Source of the DNA: Camelus ferus
Taxonomy: Eukaryota
DNA: 64,000 bases
NCBI RefSeq assembly: GCF_009834535.1
Contig: NC_045696.1
Coordinates: 95,916,001 to 95,980,000 of the forward strand
Reading direction: 5' to 3'
Shown here: one piece after another, positions 1 through 12,070 of the stretch
Numbering within the stretch: the stretch's first letter is position 1
How the letters are laid out: each line of letters starts with the position of its first letter
Translations under genes and position numbers: made by a program
The notes under the pieces: generated by a model
What the model saw: the letters and a program-made list of their open reading frames with translations, nothing else
The model's database searches: none
What the model was told of the DNA's origin: nothing

Positions 1-536
1 CCAGTTCCAGAGCGGGTACTGCTGGTCCTCCATTCCTTGCCAATTACAATTCTGTCCCTGAGGAAAGGTGGTGCTATAGGAAGAGTGTGTCTTTAGCAAA
101 CTCTCTTAGTCGGGCTATTTTAGAGGGCCAGCACAAAAACTCATTCAACCTAACAAAAATCAGAGAGTCTCAGAAAGACTCATGAGTATCTTACATATCC
201 CCAGTCAGGCCTCCTTAGGAACTGGAACTTGCAACTAGAAAAGCAGCAAGAACCCAGACAATTATTCTCTCCCCGTCCCTCTGTGGAGGTGTGTACGTGT
301 CTCCAAGCTACTTCCTCCACTTCACTTTGCACCTGAAGGTAAGTAACGGACTCCCCTGCTTCTGCATACAAATGTCCTTCAGTTTCTAGAAGTAAATGAA
401 TCTAACAAATACCTCTGTTTCCAAGTCTCAGGAGCAGGAATCTGATTAGCCCTTTTGGTCAGGTGTTCACCCATTCCCCTTCCAGAAATGAGCAGGGAGC
501 AAAGTCAGGTTGTGGAAATAAACATGGGTACGGGGC

Positions 537-1182
537 CATTACCAAACCAAACTTGTGTCATCTTGCCCACGCACAGTCAAGGCTATCTGACTCCAGGATG
601 TGGTGAGCAGAAGTGCAGCATTTATTGCAGGGCACCAAGCAAGGAATCCAGGTGGCTAGTGCTTAAAAGACCTGAAATCCCTGAAGGCTTTCAGGGAAAG
701 GTTTTTAAAGACAGGGTGAGGGAGGTGGGTTGTGAGGTGTGTGATCAGCTGATGAATGTTCTTCCGAATGGTTGGTGGTGAGGTAATCGGGAGTCACCAT
801 CATCACCTTTCTTAGACACAGACAGGTCCCAACTGGTCTGGGGTCTAAGTGCTTGTGGGGAGCATACAGTTAGCTTCTTCCACCTGATGAAGGTTTTAGT
901 ATCTGAAAAACAGCTCAAAACAAATGGCTCAGAATATTATCCACAGCCCTTCGGGAGGAACTAAAGGTCCTTGACTTCGTTTAATGGTTAAATTATTATT
1001 ATCTTGTCTTGCTTTACTGTTTTTCTTTCTTTCTGCATTTTCTCACTTCTCTGATTAAATGTACTCGTTGGAACTTGGGGAAAGCCTAGGAGACTTAAAG
1101 TTTTCCTACAGACAAGAGACAAGCGGAGGACATGGGGGAGGGTCTATTCTGGGAAGGCCCCATAGGGTCCTGCTTGATTACA
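537..1182 (-). mobile_element. Solo LTR, probably ERV1 class, apparently nested in an older MLT1-like LTR remnant (~180-536, ~1183-1255)
   Basis: Minus strand begins TGTAATCAAGCAGGACCCTATGG. A minus-strand AATAAA (plus TTTATT near 621) lies near its 3' end. About 650 bp long. Family from memory only. Confidence 0.65.
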
Positions 1183-1611
1183 GGGTTACCTTACAGTTAG
1201 TCAGAGTTCTGGGAAGAAATTCTCAGAAATGGGGCACATGGTGTCTACTTACACAATCCTAAACAACAATCTTACCCTCACTTAGTAGGACAGTGAAACT
1301 TCCAAAATTTGCATAGCAAAAATCTTAATTAGTTCCTCTTTGACCCATATCGTGTCATAGGTTAATAGTCGTAGTTCCTGCCCAGTCCTGTATTGAAAAC
1401 TCTATTCCAGAAACGATTTTTTTTAAATTACTCTCAAAACATTTTTAAAACTTAAATAGCTCAAAGCTGAACTGCATCAAGGACACAATCACAGACAAAA
1501 CAGTTCCACGTACATGCTTAGACAGGTAGCAGAACTTAGTAAACACTCAGCAGAGTAGCGAGCCCGATCTGTTTCCTTTCAGCAACCTTACTGGGAAATG
1601 TTATCCAGTAA

Positions 1612-1808
1612 AACTGGTTCAAGTAGCAAAGTGAAAATGGCCTGGGACCAGTGTCAGCAACACCTGGGAACTTACAGATAGAAATTCTCAGACTCCAGCC
1701 TAGACCCACAGAATCAGAAACTCTATGGGTGGGGCCCAGATCTGTTTTAAACAGCCCTCTTATTGATTCTGACCATTTTGATACATTCTGAACTTTGGAA
1801 ACCACTAC
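1612..1808. mobile_element. MER5A-like hAT-Charlie MITE
   Basis: CACCTGGGAACTT...AAATTCTCAG...GAATCAGAAACTCT..GGGTGGGGCCCAG...AAACCACT matches the MER5A pattern. Confidence 0.8.
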
Positions 1809-2325
1809 AATAGAAAGCTACTGAGGCCATGGCCATTAATTTGACTTGCCATAAGCTGGTCATCTTTCCACACAGAAACGAGATGAAGAAATGATCATAG
1901 GCTATGTCAGGGAAACTTAGCTGTGTCCTGGTGTTGTCATTACTAAAAGTATTATGGCCTTGATCAAGTCACCTAGCCAGTCTAACCCTTAGTTTCTTTC
2001 ATCTTTAAAATAGTAAGGTTTTTGAAAATCAAATTTGGGGCAATTCATGATATCTTTCTGATCAAAAATTTTAAAATAATTGTACCATAATTTTCATAGC
2101 CATAGACCACACCTATCCCCAATACTAAGAAATAAAATCCAGAAAAGCAAAATTAATAATCCACTTTTATAATAAAATGAAATTTTAACAGAACTCACAT
2201 GCTTGTATGTAATATCACATATAACAGTGCATTGAAACTTTTTGTCATAGAAGTCACATACAACTACAAGGCTCTTTACAATATTTATAAAAATTCCATC
2301 TAAAAGTTCTTAAGAAATATCCACA

Positions 2326-3117
2326 TTCAAAAGTCCACAAACAGTAAATGCTGGAGAGGGTGTGGAGAAGAGAGAACCCTCCTACACTGTTGGTGGGAAT
2401 GCAGTTTGGTACAGCTGTTATGGAAAACAGTGTGGAGTGTCCTCAAAAGACTAAAAATAGACTTACCATATAATCCAACAATCCCATTCCTGGGCATATA
2501 TCAAGAGGGAACCTTAATTCAAAAAGACACATGCACCCCAATGTTCATAGCACCACTTACAATAGCCAAGACATGGAAATAACCTAAATATCCATCGACA
2601 GATGACTGGATAAAGAAGTTGTGGTATATGTATACAGCGAAATACTGCTCAGCCATAAGAAAATAATAAAATAATGCCATTTGCAACAACATGGGTGGAC
2701 CTGGAGAATGTCATTCTAAGTGAAGTAAGCTAGAAAGCCAGAAGGAGAAAGAAAAATACCATATGATATCACTTATATGTTGAATCTAAAAAAAAGACAA
2801 ATGAACTTGTTTACAAAACAGAAACAGACTCATAGACGTAGAAAACAAACTTATGGTTACCAGGTGGGGAAGGGGGTGGGAAGGGATAAATTGGGAGTTC
2901 TAGATTTGCAGATACTAAATAATATACATAAAATAGATAAACAACAGGTTTACACTGTATAGCACAGGGAACTATATTCAACATCATGTAGTAACCTATG
3001 GTGAAAAAGAATATGAAAATGAATATATGTATGTTCCTGTATGACTGAAGTATTGTGCTGTACACCAGAAATTAACACAGCATTGTAAAGTGTTCTTTAA
3101 TAAAATATATATATATA
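2326..3117 (+). mobile_element. 5'-truncated lineage-specific L1 (ORF2 C-terminus + 3'UTR)
   Basis: Typical L1 ORF2 end (AAATGCTGGAGAGGGTGTGGAGAA, GACTGGATAAAGAAG), 3'UTR, AATAAA and A/TA tail. TSD AAGAAA(T/C)ATCCACA at 2312-2325 and 3118-3131. Confidence 0.9.
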
Positions 3118-3141
3118 AAGAAACATCCACAGATATTAGTA

Positions 3142-3708
3142 CAGTTGATCCTTGCAGATTCTCTGTTTGCAAATTTACCTACTAAAATTGTGACTCCAAA
3201 GTCAATACAGCATTTTTGCAGTCATTTGCAGTCGTGTAGAACAGTGAAATATTTAAGTTGCCCTAAATACACATTCATTCCCAACTGAGATTTAACAAGG
3301 CAGCACTCCACCTTCTTGTTTCGGCATTCTGTTGATGATTTTGCTATATACAGTGACCCCCAAGCATATGCTGAAGCGCTGTCTAGTGTTCCTAGGTTCA
3401 AGAAGGCTGTGATGTGCCTTATGGAGAAAATGTGTGTTGCTGTGTTCATGTATGAATTACAAGTGCTGCTAGCCATGAGTTCAGTGTTAATGAGTAAGTT
3501 CAGTGTTAGTAAGTTCAGTATTAAGTTGTCTCTAAACAGAAACACACGTTAAACAAGGTTTATTGATTGATTCTGTGACAAATTGTTCTGACCAGAGCCT
3601 TACAGTAACCTAACCTTGTTTTTCCTCCAGGAGCAATGGTTCAATATTTGCTAATTCAGTGCTCATGGTGACTGTATAGAATATGACTATTCCAAATAAT
3701 GAGAACTG
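3142..3708. mobile_element. MER82-like TcMar-Tigger non-autonomous DNA transposon
   Basis: Begins TA|CAGTTGATCC and ends AATAATGAGAACTG. Internal GCTGAAGCGCTGTCTAGTGTTCCTAGG..CAAGAAGGCTGTGATGTGCCTTATGGAGAAAAT matches the recalled MER82 consensus. Confidence 0.8.
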
Positions 3709-4289
3709 AACATATTTAAATGTCTAAAGCCAAAAGAAAACTGAAAACAAAGGTCACCAAACAGGTCTTCAGCAGCAAAGGTTTTGAGGAAAGTTGGGGG
3801 CTGTGTGTGTTTGTGTGTGTGTGTATACACACACACACATATATATATCTTTCATGAATTGTTAAAAGCTTCTTGCTGAAGGACATTTCAAGTCTAAGAT
3901 TATATGACATGCTTATTTTTTAAATTTACTTCCTAGCTAATTATATATATAAATATATTGAATAAACCAAGTAGAGTATTCACCAAGGTAAACTAAATAC
4001 CTGTTTATATCTACTTTGTTAAAGGATATAAATACCAGATTGAGTTTAAAATACATGATGCTTTCTACCAGTGAATATCAGCACATTTCGCTAGACGCTT
4101 ACAGCCAAGGCAGTTTGGGGGTTTGATTAAATCACAGAATCTGTGATTAAGATTAAATAGTTCCAATAAATGTAAGTAGGATAATCTTGACTTCTAGTTA
4201 CTTACTATACTTCAAAGTATTTTGTCTAATATTTTGGATATTTTTGAATATTTATATTATCAGAAATGGAAAAGGTTTACAATTATCTA

Positions 4290-4452
4290 TTAACTAATCA
4301 GATAACAAGCATTTATTGAAAGTCTATCATGTGCACTGTGCTAGGTACTAGAGATACAGTGGAAAACAAGGGAAACACATACCTGTGCTCAGAGGATTCA
4401 GAGTCAAGGTAAGCTTCCTCAAAGATGTGACTTTCACCTGAGGCTTAAAAGG
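4290..4452 (-). mobile_element. L2 3'-end fragment, interrupted by MLT2; probably resumes at ~5370-5560
   Basis: AACAAGCATTTATTGA...CTGTGCTAGGTACTAGAGATACAGTGG is the reverse-strand L2 3' terminus. Confidence 0.65.
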
Positions 4453-4980
4453 TGTGATGGTTAATTTTATACGTCATCTTGCTTGGGCCAAGGGGTGTTT
4501 AAATATTTGGTCAAATATTATTCTGGGTGTGTCGTGAGGGTGTTTTTAGATGAGATTAACATTTAAATCATTAGACTTAGTAAAGCAGATTGCCCTCCCT
4601 AATGTGGTAGGCCTCATCTCATCAATTGAAGCCCTGAATAAAACAAAAAGGCTGACTCTTCCTGAGGAAGGAAAAAGTCCTTCTGCCTGGCTACCTTGAA
4701 ACTGAGACACTGGCTTTTGTCTTGCCTTCAGACTCAAATCTATAACTCTTCCTGGGTCTTAAGCCTGCCGGCCTTCAGACAGGAACTACACCATCAGCTC
4801 TCCTGGTTCTTAGGCCTCTAGACTCAGACTGGAACTAAATGTCAGCTCTTCTGCTGATTTGCTGAGTCACCCTGAAGCTCTTGGGACTTGCCAGCCTCCA
4901 TAATCAGGTGAGCCAATCCATATATATACATATATATATCTCCCATGGTTCTATTTCTCTTGTGAAGCCAGACTAATAAA
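4453..4980. mobile_element. MLT2 (ERVL) solo LTR
   Basis: Starts TGTGATGGTTAATTTTAT; contains GATGAGATTAACATTTAAATC and AAAGCAGATTGCCCTCCCTAATGTGG; ends GACTAATA. Confidence 0.85.
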
Positions 4981-5114
4981 AAGGAGTGAAAATTATACAG
5001 ATGATGATAATAAATAAAGAGAGAAAGTTCTAGGAAGAAAAAAAAGGTGCAGTAACTTGGAGGAAGAGAGTATAGCATCTTAAAAGAATTGAAATAAAAA
5101 TTGCAACAGCAAAC

Positions 5115-5340
5115 ACATTTTACTTACTGCATGTCAGACCTTGTTTTAAGTTCCCTTCACATGTTGCCTCATTTAATTCTCAGGACAACCTCATGAAGCA
5201 GGCTCAGTTATTATTGCAAAGTACAAATGAGAAAATTGAGGTACAGAGAGGATAATTTGCTCAAGGCCAAAGAGATGGATGGGAGAACCAGGTTCCATGG
5301 CCAAGTGTTCTGTCTCTAGAGTCCATCCTTTTAACCATGA
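5115..5340 (-). mobile_element. MIR SINE
   Basis: CTCATTTAATTCTCA..ACAACC and ATGAGAAAATTGAGGTACAGAGAG core motif. Confidence 0.7.
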
Positions 5341-7539
5341 CTCCTTTACTTCTCCTTTGGGTTGGTGAGGAGAATAAGGAAGTGGTAATGGGAAATAGCA
5401 GATCATAGGGAATCTTGGAAGCCCTGTTAAGGCATCTGAGCTTTTTCCTAAAAGCAGTAGGAACCACAGAAAGGAATGTTTAAAGCAGGAGAGTGACATC
5501 ACATTTTGACAGATATGAAATAATAACAGGGAGGGAAATGAAATGGAGGTAGCAAGACAGGTGATTTGTGCCTTAATACAAAATTTTTCTTTTAGTCACT
5601 TTAATTGAACATTTATGAATATTTTAAATTCCTCCAGAAAATATCAGAAGCAAAAACTCAAACAATACAAACAACTTTAACATAATGTCTTCTTAAAAGA
5701 ATGACTAAGATGCCACTCCCTTCAGTAATCTCAGGATGCTGTCCCAAGGATGTTCAGAAGTTCTTTATTACTTAAAAGAGCAAAAATGGGGGAAAATGTT
5801 GTGTGAAGTTGTGTGAAGACGACAGGAGGGTGGCAGGTACTGCCATGCTCAGGAGCAGCAGATCAGAGGATGATAAATGTTGAAGTGGTGATGAGAAGTA
5901 GAAAGAGAAGAGAGATCATAAAATCAAACTTGTATAAATATGATAAGCGAACAACATGAATGTGATAAGCCAACTAAAATCAATCTTTTATTTGGAAATT
6001 TAAATAGAATTTAAATAGAATTTAAATTTGACAGAATTTCACTGCTGTCTATGGCGGATCCAGAAATGTTCCAAAGCCCACACATGTAGCATGGGACCAT
6101 TTGGAATAGCAATTTACCAAGGGAAAGTTTAGCTTCTTAGGCTCAACATACAGTGATTAAGCCCAGGAAATCAAATCGTGTGTTGAAGCCAAGTTTTACG
6201 TGAGCATCAAATATAAATTATTAAAGGAGTCTGAACAGATACATGTTTTTTGTTTTAAAATGCATAAAGGGATTATCCAGTAAATTTTCCATATGTAGTT
6301 AATGATATCAAATGTTCTATTATGGGGAAAACATCAGAATAACCAGTCCTTCTCACAACTGAAAACATCAAAAATTGTCCACAACAAAGCCTGCCTTAGC
6401 AGAGAAATTCACAATAAATATGCCCCCAGGCTTCCTCCAGTTTTGTTTTCATCTTTAAGGGTTGCTGATTAAATATCACTGATAAAAGTAGGACATTCTT
6501 GCCAAGGCTTTAGTGTGACTTATAGCAGTGCTCCTTGAGTGATGACATGTGTTTGACATCCATGATCCTTCAGGAGAAATACCTGAGAGGGTATTTAGCC
6601 ACCTTTTTCTGTAGGAAGAAAGTCTCTGGAGACTGTGGCTGCTGCCCTGAGGGGACGTATGTCAGAGCTTCGACTGAGCTTCCCTTAAGGGTCCTCCCCG
6701 CATAAGCACAGACTCTTGAGCTCATTTAGTTCAGCGATTTCATGTTCCTGGGTGTCTATTACTGGTCCTCTGTCTATGGAGGTGCGCATCTGAGTCTCTG
6801 TAATCTTCAACAACTCACGGACAGAAAGAAACACAAAGGTGCTGAGCTCAAACTCACACCTCTGAGAAACTTTACTTTGGATTTTTGCCTATGTGTTAAA
6901 TCTCATGAAATTTTATACATAGGCAGAGAACACAGGTCCCAAGAAAAGCAGTCTGATCATTAAGCCTCTGTCTCGTTTAAAACAGGCTCTTTGAGCCAAA
7001 GCAACAGTGTTTTATTTGGTAAGCATCTTCTTCCAAGGCAATACAAGACTTGATTTTAAAATTTGCTCAAATAAATGTGAGTATATTTCAATTCCAAATT
7101 CCATTCTTTCAAATGTATTTTTGCATAATTTTCAGCTGTTCTGCATGAGTTAAAATTAGCTAGTTTTTCCTTCTCTTCTGATTACTATTCTAGTCCTCTT
7201 GGGAAAGGCTCTGTTACCTAAAAAGGGTTTTACTTTACTTTTTCTTTATCCTGGATCTGTATTCTGAAGTTGTTCATTTAGACCTTGGGCCAACAATTGG
7301 TTATTCAATAGGGAGACAAGGTCACAAAAAATATTGATTGTAGACCACATAGATTTGTGTGCCCCTTTCACAGGATGTGGTATAAAAGGAAGCTAAGTGG
7401 AACAATTCTTGTTTTCTGGTAAAGTAATTGAAATCTTTGAACGATAAGGGTTTTTTCTTTTCCATCTACAAAATTTGGCTTGAAGTCAATTTTTTTCCTT
7501 GACATAGTACTTTCAAGAATTGTTTTATTTTTAAAACAG

Positions 7540-8230
7540 AACATGATCCCAATAGAGTAAGCCAAGAACATGAACAGACAATTCAAAAATAAGGAAATGG
7601 CTTTTAAATACATGAAAAGATGTAACTTCATGATCATTTAAGAAACATACTGAAACATTACAAGGGAATGCCTTGTTTTTTCATCTATCACTCTAACAAA
7701 GATTTAAGAGTTGACTATTATTCTATTTTGACAAAGAGATTAGAAAACATACATTCTGATATATAGTTGGGGTGGTATAAGTTAGTTCAGCCTTCGAAAG
7801 CCAATTTTGACAATATTTGTAAGTTTAAAACACAAATATCCTCTATATTGAAATTCAACCTCTAGAAATTTTTCTTATAGAAACCCTGTAATACATGCAT
7901 AGATGTTTGTACATAGTTACTTATTGTAGCATCTGTCCATTGGAATATTATTCAGATATTAATGAGAACTATAGAAATGAATATGAAACCAACTCCAAGT
8001 TATATTGACTGGCAAGAGGAAGATATGTTATAGTATGTAGAATGCATTACTGTGTGAGTAAAAAAAGGAGCTATATCCACATACATGTTACATGCGCATG
8101 GATATGAAGTGTGAAAAGCTGGCAAAAGAAATTGCCTACAGAGAGGACTGCCAAATGAGGGACTAGAGATTAAAGTAAAATGGAAATTCATTTTTTACTG
8201 TATATTTTTTTCTCCTTTTGGATTAAAAAA
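7540..8230 (+). mobile_element. Ancient L1 (L1ME-like) 3' fragment
   Basis: Degenerate ORF2-end motifs such as GAACATGAACAGACAATTCA, AAATACATGAAAAGATG and ATTGGAATATTATTCAG. Confidence 0.55.
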
Positions 8231-8631
8231 AAACCATCAGCACTATTACTTGTATTTTTTTAATAGCTGTTTTTAAAAAGTAAGAAATTATGCCCTTAGC
8301 TACATGAAGGTGTGTGAAAAATGCCAGTATGTATAGAGGAGTTCTATTTACCTGCTTTAAAGTGGATAAAAATGATATAAAGCCCTTTTTAAAAGTCAAA
8401 ATATTATTGATCTTGCAACTTCATGATACAACAGATTGAAAATGATTAATTTAGACAACTATTTTGTCTATGTGGCAAAAACATATCTGTTACACCCATG
8501 TGTTTTCCAAATCAACCAATATATAGTCAGAAAATTAATCTCCTCTTACAGGAACTCACACGTGGATGGTCCTAACTATCTGGCCCATTACCTCTTCTCC
8601 TTTCTTACTATCCTCAGTATTTCTCATTTAG

Positions 8632-9012
8632 ATCTGGAGCTGGCCATCTCATTCTGTAAAGAGCCAGATTGTAAACATTCTAGGTTTTGTGGGCCAAGAG
8701 GAAAAATTGAGGATACTATCTATGTGCTTAAGTAACAAAAGACAAAACAAATTTCTCTAATTTTTTATTGAATAAATTAAAAATATAATAATGATTGAGA
8801 AAAATTTGTAATATAGGTCTACTAATGAGAAAAATACAATTCTTTTTAGGAAAATAATTTTTGCTTGATTGAGGTTCAAGGCTGAGTCAACTGAAAATGT
8901 TTATCAAGTCAATTGAAAATGTTTATCTATAAAAACCTTTCTTACCTCCTGGGCCTAATAAAAAAGAGGTGGTGGGTCAGACATGGCCCAAGGGCCGTAG
9001 TTTTCCTCCCCT
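8632..9012. mobile_element. MER58-family hAT-Charlie MITE (long form)
   Basis: TTCTGTAAAGAGCCAGATTGTAAACATTCTAGGTTTTGTGGGCCA at one end; GGCCCAAGGGCCGTAGTTT at the other. Confidence 0.65.
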
Positions 9013-9019
9013 AATTTTA

Positions 9020-9650
9020 AGACCAGAGTCCTCACCTACCAGTCTACCTTCTTGTCTCTAGTATTTTGACAGCCATTCTTCCTCAGAGATACTGCTGATC
9101 CCTAGTGTGACCAGCCGCTCCTCGGCTTCAACTTTGCCACAGTTTCCCACCACTGGACTGGAGAACAAAGCCCAAGCTCTTTGACCCATCGTGCCGGGTC
9201 CTCCTGGCACACTTCTTGCCTAGTCTCAGCTTCATCTCCTTCCTTTTCGGCCTTCAGCACCCCTCTCATCCCAGACACACAGGCACTTTTTGCTCTAACA
9301 ACCCTCAACTACTTTCTGGCACACCGCATGCTGTTTTATCATCTCATACCTGCTGCTTCCCAGCCTGGAGCACTTCCCTTCCTTTTTTGCCCTGGGGGCT
9401 CCCAGTCACAAACTGCTCAGCATTCACCCATTCTGGGAAGCCTGGCGACTCCTCCCCCTACCCCATCCACATTAGAAAAATAATTTCGCCACTTCTGTAG
9501 TTTATGTGCTCTTCTGTTCTTGAATGGATAACATTTATTATATTTATTAGTGCTAGATGTCTGTTGCCTTTCCTATGTCCAATTTATGTATTTTTAGCCC
9601 TTAGAATATGCCTAGAACACAGTAGTTACTCAATAATTTTTGTTAAACTG
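9020..9650 (+). mobile_element. Degenerate L2 3' region
   Basis: Pyrimidine-rich L2-like body ending CCTAGAACACAGTAGTTACTCAATAATTTTTGTT. Confidence 0.5.
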
Positions 9651-10053
9651 AGCTTTTATCAATTATATAACAATTTTGTTGATGAATACAAATGAGTCCA
9701 CCATCCACCCACTTAGCAGGTATGGTGTTAATAATGTCCCAGACTTGTATTTTGGGGATCAAATAATTAGAGAAACTCTTCAGCACTAGCATCTCCAGTT
9801 ATGTTCAAACAATGAAGAGTTCTCTCTTTTGACTAAGGTATCTGAACTTTTGCAAGCACTGTTGTACCTAAAGGCTGAAATTTGTTCACATAGTCCCAAA
9901 AGCCAGCTCACCATGAAGAGAATTGGCTCATAAAAATGTATAATACTTGCAGGAAGACTTTGAGCTAAAGTATTCCAGCACTACTATACAATTTAAACCC
10001 AGGGCAGGTATGGAGGATGGGGTGGGAAGAAGAGGTCGGGAATACATCTTTTT

Positions 10054-11424
10054 TTTTCTCTTACAATGAGATATAATTGACATATAACACTATACTGGTT
10101 TCAGGTGTACAAAGTGACTTGGTATTTGTATACATAGCAAAATGAACTCTACAGTAAGTCTTACCATCTGTTACCACACAAAGTTAACTTTTAATATTGA
10201 CTCTCTTGGCAGCTTTTAAGTATGCTCTGCAATATTACTGACTGTATTCATCATGCTGTACATTACATCCCCATGACTTATGTATTTTCTGACTGGAAAC
10301 TTGTACCTCTTGACTCTCTTCACCTGTTTTTCTCACTCCTCAACACCTTTGTCCCTCTGGCATCCACCATTCTGTTCTCTGTATCTATAATTTTGTTTTT
10401 GTTTTTGTTTAGTTTGTTGGTTTTGTTTTTAGGTTCCACACGTAAGTAATATCATATGGTACTTGTCTTTCTCTGTCTAACCTCCTTCCCTCAAGGTCCA
10501 TCCACGTTGTCACAGTGGCATGATTTCATTTTCGTTCTTTTTTATGGCTGAGTAGTTTTTCATTATATCTATTTATGACATTTTCTTTATCTACTCATAC
10601 ATCAGTGGACATTTAGTTTGGTTCCATATCTAGGCTTTTCTAAATAATGCTGCAGTGGACATGGGGATGCATGTATCTTTTCAAATTATTGTTTTCACTT
10701 TCTTCAGATAAATACCAAGAAGTAGAATTTCTGGATTGTATGGTAGTTCTATTTTTAATTTTTTTGAGGAACTTTCATATGCTTTTCTATGGTGGCTGCA
10801 CCAATTTACATTCCTACCAACACTGCATAAGGGTTCCCTTTTCTCCATATCCTCACCAACACTTGTTGCTTCTCATCTCTTTTATAATAGTCATTCTGAT
10901 AGGTATAATGTGATATCTTACTGTGGTTTTGATTTGTATTTCCCTAATGATAAATGATGCCAAACATCTTTTCCTGTGCCTGTTGGCCATCTGTATTGTC
11001 TTCTTTGGAAAAACATGTATTCTGATCCTCTGTTCGTTTTTCAGTCAGGTTGTTTGTGGATTTTTTTGTTGTTATTGAGTTATATGAGTTCCTTCTGTAT
11101 TTTGGCTATTAACCCTTTATCAGATATATGACTGACAAATATTTTCTCCCATTCAGTAAGTTGTCTTTGTATTTTATTGATAGTTTTCTTTGTGGTGCAG
11201 AAGCATTTTAGCTTGATGTAGTCCCACTTGTTTATTTTTGGTTTGTTACCTTTGTTTTTGGATTCAGGTCCAGAATTCATCACCATGACTAATGTAGTAG
11301 CTTACCATCAATGTTTTTTCTTCTAGGAGTTTTATGTCATCAGGTCTTACATTAAAGCCTTTAATACATTATGAGTTAATTTTTGTGTATGGTGTAAGAC
11401 AGTGGTCTAGTTTCATTCCTCTGT
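10054..11424 (-). mobile_element. 5'-truncated L1 (ORF2 end + 3'UTR)
   Basis: Minus-strand ORF2 peptide [34 protein letters not shown]-run at left. TSD GAATA(C/A)ATCTTTTT at 10040-10053 and 11425-11438. Confidence 0.9.
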
Positions 11425-11779
11425 GAATAAATCTTTTTAAAGTGGTAAAGAATCCATCTACACTCAAAAAAAAATCACTACTCGTTTGCACTAGTAAAAC
11501 TTTCTGTTACTGCTATTGTTCTCCTCGTGGGTTTCATGGGTTTCAGGAAAAAGTTTTCACCAAAATATTTTAGTTTGTGCCTCCACATAGATATAGTCTC
11601 TGTCATGCATAACTTGGGGGCTATGGCATGACAAAATATTTACCGTCAGCTGTGGGTTTCTGTGTGCCAGACTAAGATAAAATAGAATGCAGTAAAAGTT
11701 TCCAAGTGAGATATATTTTCTGATGATGACTGTTAAGGAGTTCCTTGTACCATGAATGTTCTCCTTCCTAATCTTTATT

Positions 11780-12070
11780 TACTTATCCTTCAACTCTCTG
11801 AGCTCACACATTATTTCCTCAAGGAAGCTGCCTCAGATCTCAACCCAGAGCAACCAAGCCCTGCTGTCCCCCCTCCTGTACTTGTCCTTTATAGCACTTA
11901 CTGAAGCTTGTAATGATGTATTTGTGTGATTACTTGATTAATGTGTCTGATTCATAAGGTCCATGAAGGCAGAATTCATGTCTGTTTTTCTCATTATGTC
12001 CATAAACCCCACACTTTACCTTAAGCTGTAGATGCTCAATACATAATTGTCAAATGGGTGAATGAAGATA
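11780..12070 (+). mobile_element. L2 3'-end fragment
   Basis: TAAGGTCCATGAAGGCAGA...GTAGATGCTCAATA...TGAATGAA terminus. Confidence 0.55.

Noticed and set aside
4130..4148. AATCACAGA-A-TCTGTGATT inverted repeat
   Set aside because: Short, isolated, and not far from chance expectation in 64 kb of AT-rich DNA.
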